This document shows positions 1 through 12,950 of a stretch of 64,000 nt of DNA, piece after piece; position 1 is the stretch's first letter; each line of letters opens with the position of its first letter. A program made the translations under genes and the position numbers. The notes below the pieces were generated by a model. It did no database searches. It had not been told where the DNA came from and was given only the letters and a program-made list of their open reading frames with translations. Origin of the DNA: Octopus sinensis (Eukaryota); the NCBI RefSeq assembly GCF_006345805.1, contig NC_043008.1:27218001-27282000 (forward strand), in the 5' to 3' direction.

Positions 1-729
1 TATAATCTAGGTAGCTATATTAACTATCACCATCACAATGAAAGTGATACTACCAGTATTCACAAACCCGTTAATTCTTACGTAACCCTAGGTAATGCGA
101 GTAATTCACTCTCGGCGATCCTCCAATAACACTGAGAGTCCATTACACTCTTAAACTACATGATTGTAAAAGCAAACTTCTGTACACTCTCAATAATTTC
201 TACCACACTAAAACTATTATCTATAGATGTGATATAATGACTAATTTAACAGCATTTACCTACAGCGGTTAAATTTCTTGCAAATTTAAGCGGCGATTAT
301 ATAGAGCTACTGCTTCGTTACTGAGAAAATTTGGGAAGTAAAAAACGAGAAAATTAGATTCCAAATTACCTGAAAAATAGTAACAAGTGCATTACCCTAT
401 TCAAATGATAGATATGGGCAAAGGGTTTAATGCGTTGAATTATGGAAACTTAAGGTGAGATGCTTGCACTACATTAGAAACATATTTGCAGAATTTAAGC
501 CGGTTACTACGATATTTGAGTTCTCAGCTTGTGTTGAACTATGCTTTGTACATAGTTAAGTATACTCGATTCATTCTAATATCATTAAATATTATTTACT
601 TGTTTATCGCATTTAAACTTTTATATCCAATAACAAGGGAAATGTTGAACAGTCCAGTGTATGACATCCTTGTCCATATTATTCTTCCGTCTACGCGTTC
701 TTAATATATGCCCATTTATTCATTTATTA

Positions 730-779
730 TCATATACATACATATATGTATATATAAGTATATATGTGAATATATATAT

Positions 780-827
<48 letters not shown>

Positions 828-861
828 ATATATATACATATACATACATATATAATATATA

Positions 862-915
<54 letters not shown>

Positions 916-916
916 T
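730..916. repeat. (TA)n microsatellite; representative of many similar tracts across the window
   Basis: Near-pure TA dinucleotide run; produces the YI/IY low-complexity ORFs in the track. Confidence 0.95.
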
Positions 917-1001
917 GTAGGTCCCGGGTGATTCGGGGTTAACCACAGTAAATAAGGTACTCAATACATAGCAGAGTAAAATTAATTTATTATATAGAAG
1001 G

Positions 1002-1052
1002 AGCTTCTACAGGACTAGAACTGTTTCATTCAAGAGAAATCATCAGGAAGCT
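1002..1052 (-). ncRNA. Type I hammerhead ribozyme motif (left arm copy)
   Basis: Exact reverse complement of the motif at 2175-2225. Confidence 0.75.
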
Positions 1053-2174
1053 AGTTAACAAGAATTGTTTTGGCATTTATACATTTAGGCAGGTTTAAAG
1101 GTGGGGGACTTTTGGGGGGTAGGCATAGCGCAAAAATATCATACTTAGGGGAGTGGTCAAGGAGTCAGTGGTAAAGTAGATAAAAGAATAAATAAAAGAA
1201 TAAAAAAAATAAATAGAAGAATAGAGTTTTAGGTAAACATACATACAAATATATACATACACACATACACATACACACATACACACTCATATATACATAC
1301 ACACATGCACACACATGTCCATATATACACATATATATATATATACATATGTGTACCTATACATACCTACACATACACACATATACATACACATACAAAC
1401 CCATTCCCTTATTTTAATTTTATTATTTTCATTTATTACTTTTGTTATCTTTGACCGCGGTCACACGCATCTTGGCTATCGTCCCCCTGGGGACGACAGC
1501 AAGTCCATTTATCTTTCTACTCGAACACAAGCACTCACTCACGCACGCACACTCATTCGCACGCACACACACTCATTCGTACACTCATACACATACACGC
1601 ACGCACGCGTTATATTCATACATACATACATCTACATACATTCACATATATACACATACGTACGCGTACCTACAGATTCATGTCTACACGCTTACACATA
1701 CATACCTCAATACACCCACAGAAGACTAGTCCATACTTATACACCAATAAATATATATACACATATACATATACACCTACATACACATACATACACATAC
1801 ACATATATATATACGTAAATGTACATACATATACATACATCTATACATACATACATATATACACATACACACACCCACACATATACATATACATATATAT
1901 ACACACACATACATATACATACATATATACATATATACATATATATATATACACATATATATATATATATATGTATACATATATATATATATACATACAT
2001 ACATACATACATACACACATATGCACATATACATGCGTACACATACACACACACACACGCGCATCCATATATACACATAAGTACACACATGCGTAAAAGT
2101 ATACATCTATTTAAAAAGTCCCCCACCTTTAAACCTGCCTAAATGTATAAATGCCAAAACAATTCTTGTTAACT

Positions 2175-2225
2175 AGCTTCCTGATGATTTCTCTTGAATG
2201 AAACAGTTCTAGTCCTGTAGAAGCT
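2175..2225 (+). ncRNA. Type I hammerhead ribozyme motif
   Basis: agcttc-CUGAUGA-u[uuc ucuu gaa]u-GAAA-cag(uucuaguc)cug-UA-gaagcu: stem I 6 bp, stem III 4 bp, GUA cleavage triplet (cut after 2219). Stem II closes with U-U instead of G-C. Confidence 0.75.
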
Positions 2226-2230
2226 CCTTC

Positions 2231-2268
<38 letters not shown>

Positions 2269-2307
2269 TATATATATTATATATATATATATATAGATAT
2301 ATAAATA

Positions 2308-2455
2308 GACGCTGGGTGGCTGTGTGGTAAGAAGATTTCCTCCCAACCACAGGACCTGGGTTCAATCCCACTGAGCAGCATCTTGGGAAAGTGTCTTTTA
2401 CTATAGCCTCGGGCAGACCAAAGCCTTTTGGTGGATTATGTAGATGGAACATGAT
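2308..2455 (+). mobile_element. tRNA-derived SINE, family B (CORE-like ttgggcaagtgtctt segment)
   Basis: A-box-like tggctgtgtggt, B-box-like ggttcaatcc, then cttgggaaagtgtctt...gcctcgggcagaccaaagcc, shared with 39835 and 63378. Confidence 0.85.
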
Positions 2456-2460
2456 AGAAT

Positions 2461-2554
<94 letters not shown>

Positions 2555-2555
2555 A

Positions 2556-2784
2556 GGCGAGTTGGCAGAAACTGTAGCACGCCGGGCGAAATGCTCAGCA
2601 GCATTTCGTCTGTCGCTACGTCCTGAGTTCATATTCCGCCGAGGTCGACTTTGCCTTTCATCCTTTCGGGGTCGATTAAATAAGTACCAGTTACGCACTG
2701 TGGTCGATATAACCGACTTAATCTGTTTCTCTGTCCTTGTTCGTCCCCCTCTGTGTTTAGACCCTTGTGGGTAGTAAAGAAATA
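2556..2784 (+). mobile_element. tRNA-derived SINE, family A (Deu/Nin-like central domain)
   Basis: ggcgagttggcagaa...gagttcatattccgccgaggtcgactttgcctttcatcctttcggggtcgattaaataagtaccag; at least nine copies in the window. Confidence 0.9.
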
Positions 2785-2803
2785 ATATATATATATATAT
2801 ATA

Positions 2804-2843
<40 letters not shown>

Positions 2844-2874
2844 TATATTGTCGTATGTATATATATATATATGT

Positions 2875-3069
2875 GACCGCGTGTGTACCGTTGGCGATTT
2901 TTTTCTCTGTCTTCCCTTCTTTGGATCTTTTCTTTTCCTATGTTTCTGACGAAGAGCTCCGCTCGAAACGTTAAACTCTCCTTCTTTCCTGAGCGTCCAA
3001 TAATACTATACTTCTACCACGTCCTAGCGTTGTTGTGTTTTCTCTTTGTGTGTTCAGTTTTGGATTAAC

Positions 3070-3070
<1 letters not shown>
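2875..3070 (+). mobile_element. Penelope-like pseudo-LTR fragment between (TA)n tracts
   Basis: Pyrimidine-rich ~200-bp segment containing a minimal hammerhead; a related tail lies in reverse at ~3930-4040. Confidence 0.6.
2942..2976 (+). ncRNA. Minimal 35-nt type I hammerhead ribozyme motif
   Basis: guuu-CUGACGA-a-gagc(ucc)gcuc-GAAA-cg-UU-aaac: stem I 4 bp, stem II 4 bp, extra A after the core, stem III reduced to the palindrome ACGU, GUU triplet. Confidence 0.7.
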
Positions 3071-3140
<70 letters not shown>

Positions 3141-3870
3141 CTACTACTAATATAGGATGAAGTATTTTTACAGAAAAAATTCCATAAAAAAAGTGGCAGC
3201 ATATTAAAATACCTTTACGGTTAAAATTATAAACAACGTATAAGTAAGGCCTAAAGAAAATTATTTCAATGCCAATATGCTGATAACAGACTATTAAATC
3301 GTCAATTTCCACATATTATTTACTCGCTACAGGAAAAAAACACGAAGAACTGTAATCGGGGAATCCGGCCGATAGCATTTCTTTTCAAAAGTTCGTTATT
3401 TCTATATTGAATCAATTTCGGAATTAATCTCATAAAAGATTCTTTCCTCTTAAGTAGAACATACGAAAGGATATAAGATACTTACATGCGCCCATGGAAA
3501 AAAAGCCGAAGAAAAAATGAGTACATTTAAGTACCCCAGATATATCTAAAAATAAAATTCTTTGGTCAGCCTCAGCGCAACGTGTTGACTGTTCTTCACT
3601 ACAGGTTATAGTGGTTACCAGTCTCTATAGCGAGTAGTAATAAGTCTACTACAAATATAGGATGAATTTTTTTTTACAGAAAAAATTCCATCAAAAAATG
3701 TAGCAGTATATTAAAATACCTTTACGGTTAAAATTATAAACAACTTATAAATAAGGGCTAAAGAAAATTATTTCAATGGCAATATGCTGATAACAGACTA
3801 TTAAATGGTCAATTTCCACATTATTTACTCGCTACAGGAAAAAAACCCTGTATCTGGGAAGCCGGCCGAT
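3141..3870. mobile_element. Two direct copies (~3141-3372, ~3646-3870) of a ~230-bp MITE-like unit
   Basis: Copies align at roughly 85-90% by eye. The second copy is bounded by inverted ends ctatagcgagta (3625) and tactcgctacag (~3826-3837). Confidence 0.55.
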
Positions 3871-3896
3871 AAAATGTTTAGCCCTTATCAATAAGT

Positions 3897-3929
<33 letters not shown>

Positions 3930-4099
3930 TAACGGGAAGGTTTACGAAAATAAACAAAAAACGAAGGCAAGTGGAGTACAAACAAACAAACGTATTAGTA
4001 TGGCGCTCAGGAATAGAAATAGAAAATATATGCATATGTATATACATATTTATGTAATAACACTAATACAAAGTTTAAGCAAATACGTATATTTAGATT

Positions 4100-4252
4100 A
4101 GTGTTGGTGTGTTTACCGGTTCAGCAAAAGAAACCGATTGCAGAAGTACTAGTGTTACACACAATAAGTTTTGGGCTCGATTTGTTCGACTAAAGGTGGT
4201 ACTCCAGCATTGCCGCAGCCACATTATTGAAACAATTTAAAAAGCAAAGAAA
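4100..4252 (+). mobile_element. SINE family B 3' fragment
   Basis: ggttcagcaaaagaaaccgat...aagtactag...gatttgttcgactaaaggtggtactcc matches 63615-63730. Confidence 0.8.
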
Positions 4253-4253
4253 C

Positions 4254-4294
<41 letters not shown>

Positions 4295-5169
4295 GAACAA
4301 TTCCGTAAAAGAAATTGAACGCAAAATCACTCCATCTAGTAAGAGAAAATATTATTTATTCAAAGGACACGAGACATATCTTTAGGTGCTACACGTAGTG
4401 TCATATGTTGAGAAATATCTCAAGCATATTTATCAGGCACAAATATGGTATTATATTGTGCCTACCTGTTTATATTAATTTACAGACACACAACCACCCA
4501 CATCCACCCACACATACAAGCATACTCACCCAAAGACACACACATGTGAAACAAAAGAAGGAAAATATTCAAAATTTACATAGTTTTAATATAATTTTTA
4601 ATAAACTTTTTAATATATGTTTTATTGTGTTTGTCGACCAGTTTTGCTTTTGCTAATCATGACTTTGAAATTATTGTAATTTCGTATTTTTTAAGAAGAT
4701 TTTAGTCCATTTTGAGTGCGTAGAATTTTATGAATGAGTGATTCCAATAGAAAAATTAAGGGGAGGGAATTAGTGATCGTAATTATAGGGGATAGGGGAG
4801 GTAATTGCTCATCTTTTACGGAGCGGATAGATATACACAAAAAGTCAAATGCTGAAGTAGTGCGAAGAAAATTCGTATAGTGATGGGTATGTAATCCTGA
4901 ATTAAAATATATACTGAAATTAAATTTGGTCATGCGTTCATATTTAGACGTGTTCTACATTTTTTTGATGAATTAATTTCTTCTATATAGGTATTCTTGT
5001 ATAGAAATTGTTTTTACTGTGGTAGATGGTGAGAAATGTGGCGATCGGTGGGATATAACCTTAACATCTCTGTTTGTGTTCACTCAAAGGAATCTGTCTG
5101 TATTGTGGGAATCGGATCTGTTCCTATGTTGTATGGTTCTCCGTCTGGTCTATATAGTTACACAATCAG

Positions 5170-7620
5170 GATAATGTGTAGTAATAGGAACAACTCACTA
5201 ATAAGAAAAACTAAAAGAAACCAACCTAGGTTTAGGAGTAATTATTTCTCCCCAGAAACTATAAACGTCTAATGAAGGAATTTCAACCTAATTTACCCAG
5301 ACAGCAAAACCACGTCAGTATCTCAAACATAATTAAGTACCCCCAACAACTTATTCCAACGATGAAACCCGAACCACGTACTTCCAACTAATTTACCCAA
5401 ACTGCAACACTAGCCTCCCTGCAATGCTAATAAAATTAATAACAATAATAACACTGACCACCTCTACCAGCCAAATTACAGTAAATACATTTTAGACCAA
5501 ATGGAGAGGAACAAGGATACACGTTGGAACAAAACATACAGGAAAAACCCAAAAATAAATTGAACAAAGTAAACCCTCTGTGCAACAGAAATCAGTATAC
5601 AAGCTACAGGATTAAAATTTACCCCAACCCCATGAAGATTTAACCAGAATGAAATTAAAGACAATATTTCGGAATTCTGCAGGAAACTACGACTCACAGA
5701 AGCATTAACTGACTAAAACAACGAGGATGAAACGCTAGTTAAAATCAGAAGTAATTATCTTGCACCTAAACGTAAGAATAAAACACTAGATGACTTCTGC
5801 GACCATATCTAAAATTCCCCAAATATTTTCCATAACCGAAACATTACTTCAAATCTCAACAATCCAGAATGGAAAAATCTAATTGAACTGCAAAACGACA
5901 AGGAAGTGACAATTAAATAAGCAGACAAAGGAAGTGCTGCAGTCCTAATGGACACAGAATACTACGAAAACCTAGCATTATCTATATTAGAAAATTATAC
6001 CTTCTCCGAAAAAGTTGTCAACTATAAACAACAAAAAAATATGAAAACTCTAGCATCCTTAATACTACATGGAAAAGGCCTGACAGAAAAAGAAATAGAT
6101 TATATCACGAACTTTAAATGTAAACCTAGTCTTTTTTACGGTCTACCTAAAATATAGAAGAGGAAATAGTTAATGAAGCCTGCATACAATCACGAGCCAA
6201 ATAGATAATTATCCAAGCGCCGGGAGACTTAAAGGTAAGCCTCAATATAGCAAGTCCATCCTCTGAACTCCACCGCCTAAGCAATTTTCGAGACATTCTA
6301 CTGAAACATTCGAGACATTCCTGAAATATATCAAATATTTCATTAGAGTCGATTTAGACATGCTAGAGCACCTACCAAAAACAACTAATGAAGAAGTATT
6401 ATTGAATTCCTTCGATGATATTAATCGTTATACGTACATCCACATGACTATGGAATAGAAGCAATAACATTCTGGTTATAAAAGTACCCCAAAGTATTTC
6501 CGAAACGCATAAACTAGGTCTTTAGTGAATCTATAAAATTTATACTTCAGAACAAGTATTTCCTTTTTGATGACACCTACAATCGTCAAAAATGCGTAAT
6601 TGCGATGGCAACGAAAGCAGTCCCTGTTCTTGCGAACCTAATAAATGGTTATTTTGAAATTGCCATATATGAAATGTTACTCCAAAAATATGGATATCCA
6701 TTTCCTAATTATATAAGTAAGAACTGGAAAAGATACCTGGATGACTGCATTATCATTTGAAAGGAGACCATTGATAAACTTTTGAAGTGAAATCAATCCT
6801 AAATAATATAAACCCTATCATTCAGTTCACAATAAGTATAGCAAAGAACAGCTCCCTTCTTGGACATGATAAAAAATTCAACACCTAAATAGTAACTCAC
6901 ATTTATCATAAACCAACGGACTCGAAACAATATCTCCTGTATAGCTCATGCCACCCAAAACACACCAAAAGAAATATTCCCTTTATTTTAGCAAAAAGGA
7001 TTTGCACAATATTGTCTGATAGAAATACTAGGGAATTTCGTCTTCAAGACCTCAGAACAACATTAAATGAAAGACAATATCCACCCTCACTTAAAATGAT
7101 GGAATTAAGCGTGCTTAGAAATTAAACATTAAAATGCTAAAGGCATTTCAAAATACTACTGCATGTATCAACTCACAACTCTAGAAACAATGAGGTATAC
7201 AGAACTTGTTCAAAATCTACCTATGCTCTCTAGAGACCCCAAAATGAACAAGATTCTGAAGACACATAATTTCATCAAATGCAAAAAGCAACACAAATCG
7301 TTAAAAAGACTTCTAACAAATGCGAAGGTTTACACAACAACTAACGAAACCCACGGTTAAAAATGTGGACACCCAAACTGTGAAATATGCCCAAACCTAC
7401 TGGGAAGCGCAGAATTCCTATTCAAACAAGGAGAAAAGTTCACAACTAAAACCAACTTCACTTGTACTTCCGAGAATCTAATTTATGCTATAGCTTGCTC
7501 AGGTTGTGAGCATAAATATATAAGACAGGCAAGTATGACACTGAGATGGAGAACCACACTACGTTAGGAACAGATCTGGTACCGTAATGTAGACAGATTC
7601 ATATTTTCGAAGATACGAAT
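5170..7620 (+). mobile_element. Decayed Penelope-like retroelement (RT + Zn finger + GIY-YIG endonuclease; Neptune-like layout)
   Basis: Fragmented translation gives ADKGSAAVLMDTEYY, FYGLPKI, RYLDDCII (6734-6745), YHKPTDSKQYLLYSSCHPKHTKRNIPF, KCGHPNCEICP and CTSENLIYAIACSGCEHKYIRQ, with many stops and frameshifts. Confidence 0.9.
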
Positions 7621-7625
7621 AAATC

Positions 7626-10270
7626 TTCAAGGTAGAATGTAAAAATTTGAATGACGAAAAGGTGCACCTACTTTTAAGAAAGTTATCCTCTGCCGAACAC
7701 AAAAAATACTGTAGCTATATTCTTCCGAAGAAATCAGGTGAGATTTGTTTCGATGAAACAGTTAATTTGTTATCGAGAATTTTTAGTGAAAAAAGTTCCC
7801 TGTTCAATACTTGTTGTCAATGTTTAAAGTTAGTTAAAGATGATGATTTCGTCACATATCCTGGTGTTGTTAACGGAGTTGAAAAATTCAAATTATATGA
7901 ATTAACCCCAGATTTATTCAAATGTTTGATTTTGTTCAAATGTGAAAGCAAGATAAGATTTTGATATACGTTTCCGTTTATTATCAAAATTAGAACAGAA
8001 CCAAAAATTAATTCTACAGGCAGTGGCTCAAGAATGCAAGAGGATTATAAATTTAAGACGTGGCGCAGATACAATTGAAGAAAAAGATAGCTCTTAGATA
8101 CATACGTGTCGTCCTGAAAGGGACAAGAAAATAGAAAAACGAACGTTAAGGCCAAATCCATGCTATGGTTGCAAAGATTTACATTTTAAAAGTAATTGAC
8201 CCTTTAAAAAATTGTAAATGTTTTGATCGTGGAAAAATCGGGCTTAAAATCTCACATTGTACAGTGGCAAGAAAAAGGGACAAACATAAAAACATTCTAG
8301 AAAGAATGTATTGATAAAAATAATTCTAAGCGAGGCTCAGAAAAGAAATCTTGTGTCCATAAAAATGAATAATGTTAATATCAAGTTACAATTGGATACA
8401 GGCAGTGAAACCACAGTAATTAATACAGATGCATGGTTAAAATTAAAGAAACCTCGATTAAAGGAAACTTTGATAAGTGTGTGAGGTGTTTCAGGAATAC
8501 AATTGCATTTTATGGGCGAAATGATAAGCGATGTAACATTTCGTGGAAAAATCCTAGAAAAAATACTACACATTTTTTGGAAAAATATGGATGGAGCTAT
8601 GTAACATATGGGACCTACCCATAACTATTTTTTGTATGAATATAAATGGTACTTCTGTCAGTAAAAATAAGGCGTCGGAAAATTTATAAACTGAATTAAA
8701 ACAAACTTTTCCTGAAGTTTTTTTGTCAGGAATTCAGTCTTTGCACCAAAACAGAGGCGAAGTTTCAAGTGAAAGAAAACGCTACACCGCTATTTAAACC
8801 AAACAGAATGTTAACTTTCGCAGCGTTGAATCAAGTCAACGAAGAATTGGATAAACTTGTAAAAATTGGCGTTATTGAAAAAATTGATTACTCAAACTGG
8901 GCATCCCTGGCAGTTTATATCAAGAAAAAATAATAGAATCCGAGTAGGCACTGATTTCTCAACGGGATTAAACGGATGTTTGATGTCATATAGTTAACCG
9001 TTAGCAAGTTTGGAAGATCGTTTTGCAAAGTTGAATGGAGGAAAATTGTTTTCAAAGTTGAACCTATCTGAAGCATATTTGCAGGTAAATGTCGATGAGG
9101 AATGTTCAAAATTATTGATAATAAACATGAAGGTTTGTACAAATTCAATCGACTTTCCGTTGGTATAAATGTAGCACCTGCTATTTTCCAACAAATTATG
9201 GACATTATTCTCGCAGCTTACTTTGACGACATCCTCATAAAAAGTGAATCTCGTGGTCAGTATGCTGTGCATGTCAAAAAGGTCTCCGAAAGTGTGAATT
9301 TGTTATGTCAACAATAAAATATCTAGGGCAGATTATAAAGGGAAATGAACGCAGACTAGACCCGACTAGGGCGAGCAATTTAAAAACTATGACTCCCCCG
9401 CCGAACATTACAATGTTACAAGCATTTGGGGATGTTCAAATTAGTACCAAGTATACATACCAAATATACACGATTTAAGAGCACTGTGAAAAACCTATTT
9501 AAAAATGGCGTTAAGTGGAACTGGTCGGACAAATGACTAAAAGCTTTTGAAGAAATTAAAAACGCCTTAACGTCGGAATTGTCGTTATTCCATTTTGACC
9601 CGAATTTGCAAATAGTAGTGGCAGCAGATGATAGTGAAACTGGTACTGGAGCTGTGATTTTACACAAGTATGAAGATGGCAGCTTGGCAGTAGCTCATGC
9701 TTTGCGTTCATTATAGCCGGCTGAGAAAAACTAAAGTCAAATACAAAAAAGGCATAAGCCATCATATTTGCAGTAAAAAATTCCATACATTTAATGCTCG
9801 GAAGAAGGTTCCATTTGCAGACAGACCGCCTCCCACTTTCGTCTATCTATGGATCAAAAACGGATATTCCCACTCATGCAGTCAACAGATTGCAGCGCTG
9901 GAGAACGATCCTACTGAATAACGACTTCAGGATGAAGTATTTGCTATCGAAAAATTGAGACATGCAGATGATTTGTCAAGATTAATACCAAACTTATGAA
10001 CCACAAGAAGACAGTGAGAGCAACGTTAAAACTCGAGATTGAAATGAAAACTATTGTGCAATGCTGTGTGTGAATTGCCTTTGATATTGGAGGAAATAAA
10101 AATCAAGGCAGAAACGGACGAGTAAGGAAAACAATATTGAGATCAGAAGAAACAAAAAAGAAATACGTGTGGCTGGACGTAACAGTTTCGAATTTGTTTT
10201 CTATATGTGATAATGTGCTTATGTATTCACAGAGAGTCGTCAATGCCTACCTCACTACAAGGTCAGGTTG
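7626..10270 (+). mobile_element. Decayed Ty3/Gypsy LTR-retrotransposon internal region (K02A2.6/Mag-like gag, protease, RT, RNase H, start of integrase linker)
   Basis: gag KVHLLLRKLSSAEHKKYCSYILPK; protease LQLDTGSET (~8392); RT KLFSKLNLSEAYLQV, APAIFQQIMD, AYFDDILI (9219-9230); RNase H FDPNLQIVVAADDSETGTGAVI. Multiple stops and frameshifts. Confidence 0.9.
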
Positions 10271-10429
10271 CTCTTGGGTGCTACTGGAAAGGTGTAACCC
10301 AGTACAACCAGTCACACTCAGCATAAATTGTCGCAGTGGGTACACCTGTTGCGTGCTCGGGGACATCGATAAATTGGAGAAATCTGGAAGATCGCGCTCA
10401 GCAGCTAAAGTGGTAACAGTAAAATAGCT

Positions 10430-10815
10430 ATCATGTCCAGTGAAAAGGCGGCAAGTCAGCAGAAGTCGTTGAAGAATTGTGCTAGAGGCTGGTAAGAGTT
10501 GGTGTGTTAGTTCCGCGTTGAACTCGTATCGAACGCGTAAGTTGCCGTAATGGTAGTTGTTCGAATTACTGCGTTGGTTCCGTCTCTAGAATGTTGTAAG
10601 AGTTCGATTCCCCTGCTCACAATATATCGGATGCAGCTGTGCAGTGTTTACCAGCTCGAGAGGTTTTCTTGGGGTCAAAAAATCGCACTAAAAAACTATA
10701 CTGCTAACAAGAATGCTTAGTGAACAAAAACAAGAGTGCTGTGTGCAAAAAACGAACAATATTACCTAAGAGTTGGGTAACAATTACATTACATCTGGCA
10801 ACCAGTCGTTAGGAT
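10430..10815 (+). mobile_element. Possible LTR-like segment ending ...ACA, followed by a degenerate tRNA-Ser-type PBS
   Basis: Higher GC than flanks; ttaca-tc-tggcaaccagtcgttaggat (10796-10815) resembles the PBS TGGCGCAGTCGGTAGGAT. No second LTR copy in the window. Confidence 0.25.
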
Positions 10816-12749
10816 ATAAAAGTGACAACGTAAAAATGAATAAAAATATTCCAACGGAAGACAATCTTAAAGATGGGAGAAGTTGTGGCGAGAGTCATTG
10901 ACACCCCTGGATGATTGGAAGAATGGACTAGCCGAACTCCTATAAAGTGTAGTGGTCGGTAGTAGTCAGAGCGTTTTGGTAGTCTCGCAAAGTACGTCGT
11001 GTGAACACATTGATTAACCCTTCGCTGCATAATTTATCTATACCAACTTCTGTGGCAGGATATAAAAACGTACTGAGTGTTCTCCATGTTATTGTTTCCT
11101 CATAATTGTCAGGTATTGATCTTCTCTGCCTAGATCGAGTAACTCTGAACAACGTTGTTCTAGCTGTTAATATCCGGGATTTTAAATAATTAGGACTACA
11201 AGTTTTAAAATGACATTTCTGTGTCATGGTGTAGGCAAGATTTAGGGTTTATTTGTTTGTTGTATCAAGGAGTTGTATCAAGTAAGTTGATTGTAAAAAG
11301 ACAATATAGCAATTGGTTTCGTGTATACATGACAATAAAAATCTATTTTCCTTTAACTATGGAATGATTTTGAGTCTGCATTGCCAGCATAAACACAACG
11401 CAATTAGACATCTTCCATTTCAAACTTGGCTAATTGGCCACAGTATTTCATAGCAAGAAAAATCGGGGGATGGTAGAAAGAGTTCAAAATGTAAAATCAA
11501 TTCTTCATAATGTCTGAAATATCTATGAATGAGTGAAATATAATTCGCTGGTTGAAATCATTTGCATCGTTGCATAATTAAAGAGTTTTGCACGACATGC
11601 ACTGTGAGAGCTATTTAACATACACAAAATAACAATAAAAAACTAAACCGGCCAGAAAAATTGCAATATTAAACGTAGACCAACAATAGTTGCATGATGC
11701 GAGAAATTGAATTTTTTAGTAAACTATTTTAATCTAGTGAAAGAGGAACATTGACAATGAACATTTGTAAGTTTTTAATGTCACGAAATATGCATTGCCT
11801 TTGATGTGATCTGAACAATTGAATCTTCATGAAATAACCTAACGTAATGATTTAGTCACTGAACCCCGTCAATACTAACAAAATACACTTCGGAATTCAA
11901 TTACTTGCGTAACTTAAGGGTAAAAAAATTACATAGAAGCCGTCTACAACAGAGACAAACTTTGTTTTTATATGAGCACTAATCTGAGAGTGAATAAGAA
12001 AAAAAGAAGCCTAGTGGACAGAAGCAAACCGTCTATCTGTTGCTTCCTTAGAGAATGCATTACAATTTAAGAGCCGATAACTGTTAGTTCTATTTTCTAA
12101 AAATTAAATCATTTTAATAGTATTTTAACTTACCTATTTTCATCTTGTTAGATTGCTGCATAGAGTTGCGAGGTACATTTTAACTTCATATGTAAATATT
12201 ATTATATATACCAATTTCACACCGAAGGAAAACTTTCCACCTCTACATGATGGTCCTAGTGCATAAAACGTTCTTGAAATTTTATATATATTATCTGGTA
12301 ACCTTTTGCATTGAAAATAGTAGCAATAAATTAGTTTGCGAAAGTTTTCTTTCCTTTTATTTGAGGAAAGGTGAACTTATTTGGATCTATTAAATGATTA
12401 TTGTATTGTATTTCTGTTCTTGCAATTGTGGAATTTACGTGATGCAGTTTATTGAATTTGCATTCTTTCTAATGTGGTATCTGTTTTCGAAATATGAATG
12501 TCATAAGTATCGAATGCTATACTGACTGATTATATAGACGTAGACGAAATAAAAATTGAAAATCTATTACCCTGAAACAGCAACAACAGTCTAGAATTGC
12601 GAAAGTGCGTATTCTAGAAAGTTACAAAGATTTTCAATCATGTTGTAAATAGTGAAGTACAATGTCATTATTTGCAAGTGTTAAACGAATCAGAAACTGA
12701 TTCATGGCATTATTGATGGCATTAATAGTAGAAAATGAAGGTGACGAAT

Positions 12750-12950
12750 AGGTAGAATCGTTACAGCGTGGAGCAAAGCGCTTAGCATCATTTTATCCGC
12801 CTTTACGTTTCGAATTCAAATTCTGCCGAGATCGACTCTGCCTTTTATCCTTTCGGAGTCGATAAAAAAATTATTAGTTGATCACTGTGGTCGATATAAT
12901 TGACTTACTCCCTCCGCCAAAATTGATGACCTTTTGCCAAAATTTGGAGA
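12750..12950 (+). mobile_element. SINE family A
   Basis: tcaaattctgccgagatcgactctgccttttatcctttcggagtcgat core. Confidence 0.85.

Larger units (their letters stand above)
988..2239. repeat. 126-bp perfect inverted repeat pair (988-1113 / 2114-2239) around a ~1-kb CA/TA-rich spacer; probable Penelope-like pseudo-LTR ends
   Basis: 988-1113 (tattatatagaaggagc...gtgggggactttt) is the exact reverse complement of 2114-2239; each arm carries a hammerhead motif and ends in an AT-rich run. Confidence 0.9.

Noticed and set aside
708-2626. Many 60-170 aa ORFs rich in YI/HT/CV, and similar poly-I/L/N/R/F/S ORFs elsewhere
   Set aside because: They are translations of (TA)n, (CA)n, (AAT)n and (GAA)n microsatellites with no coding signal.
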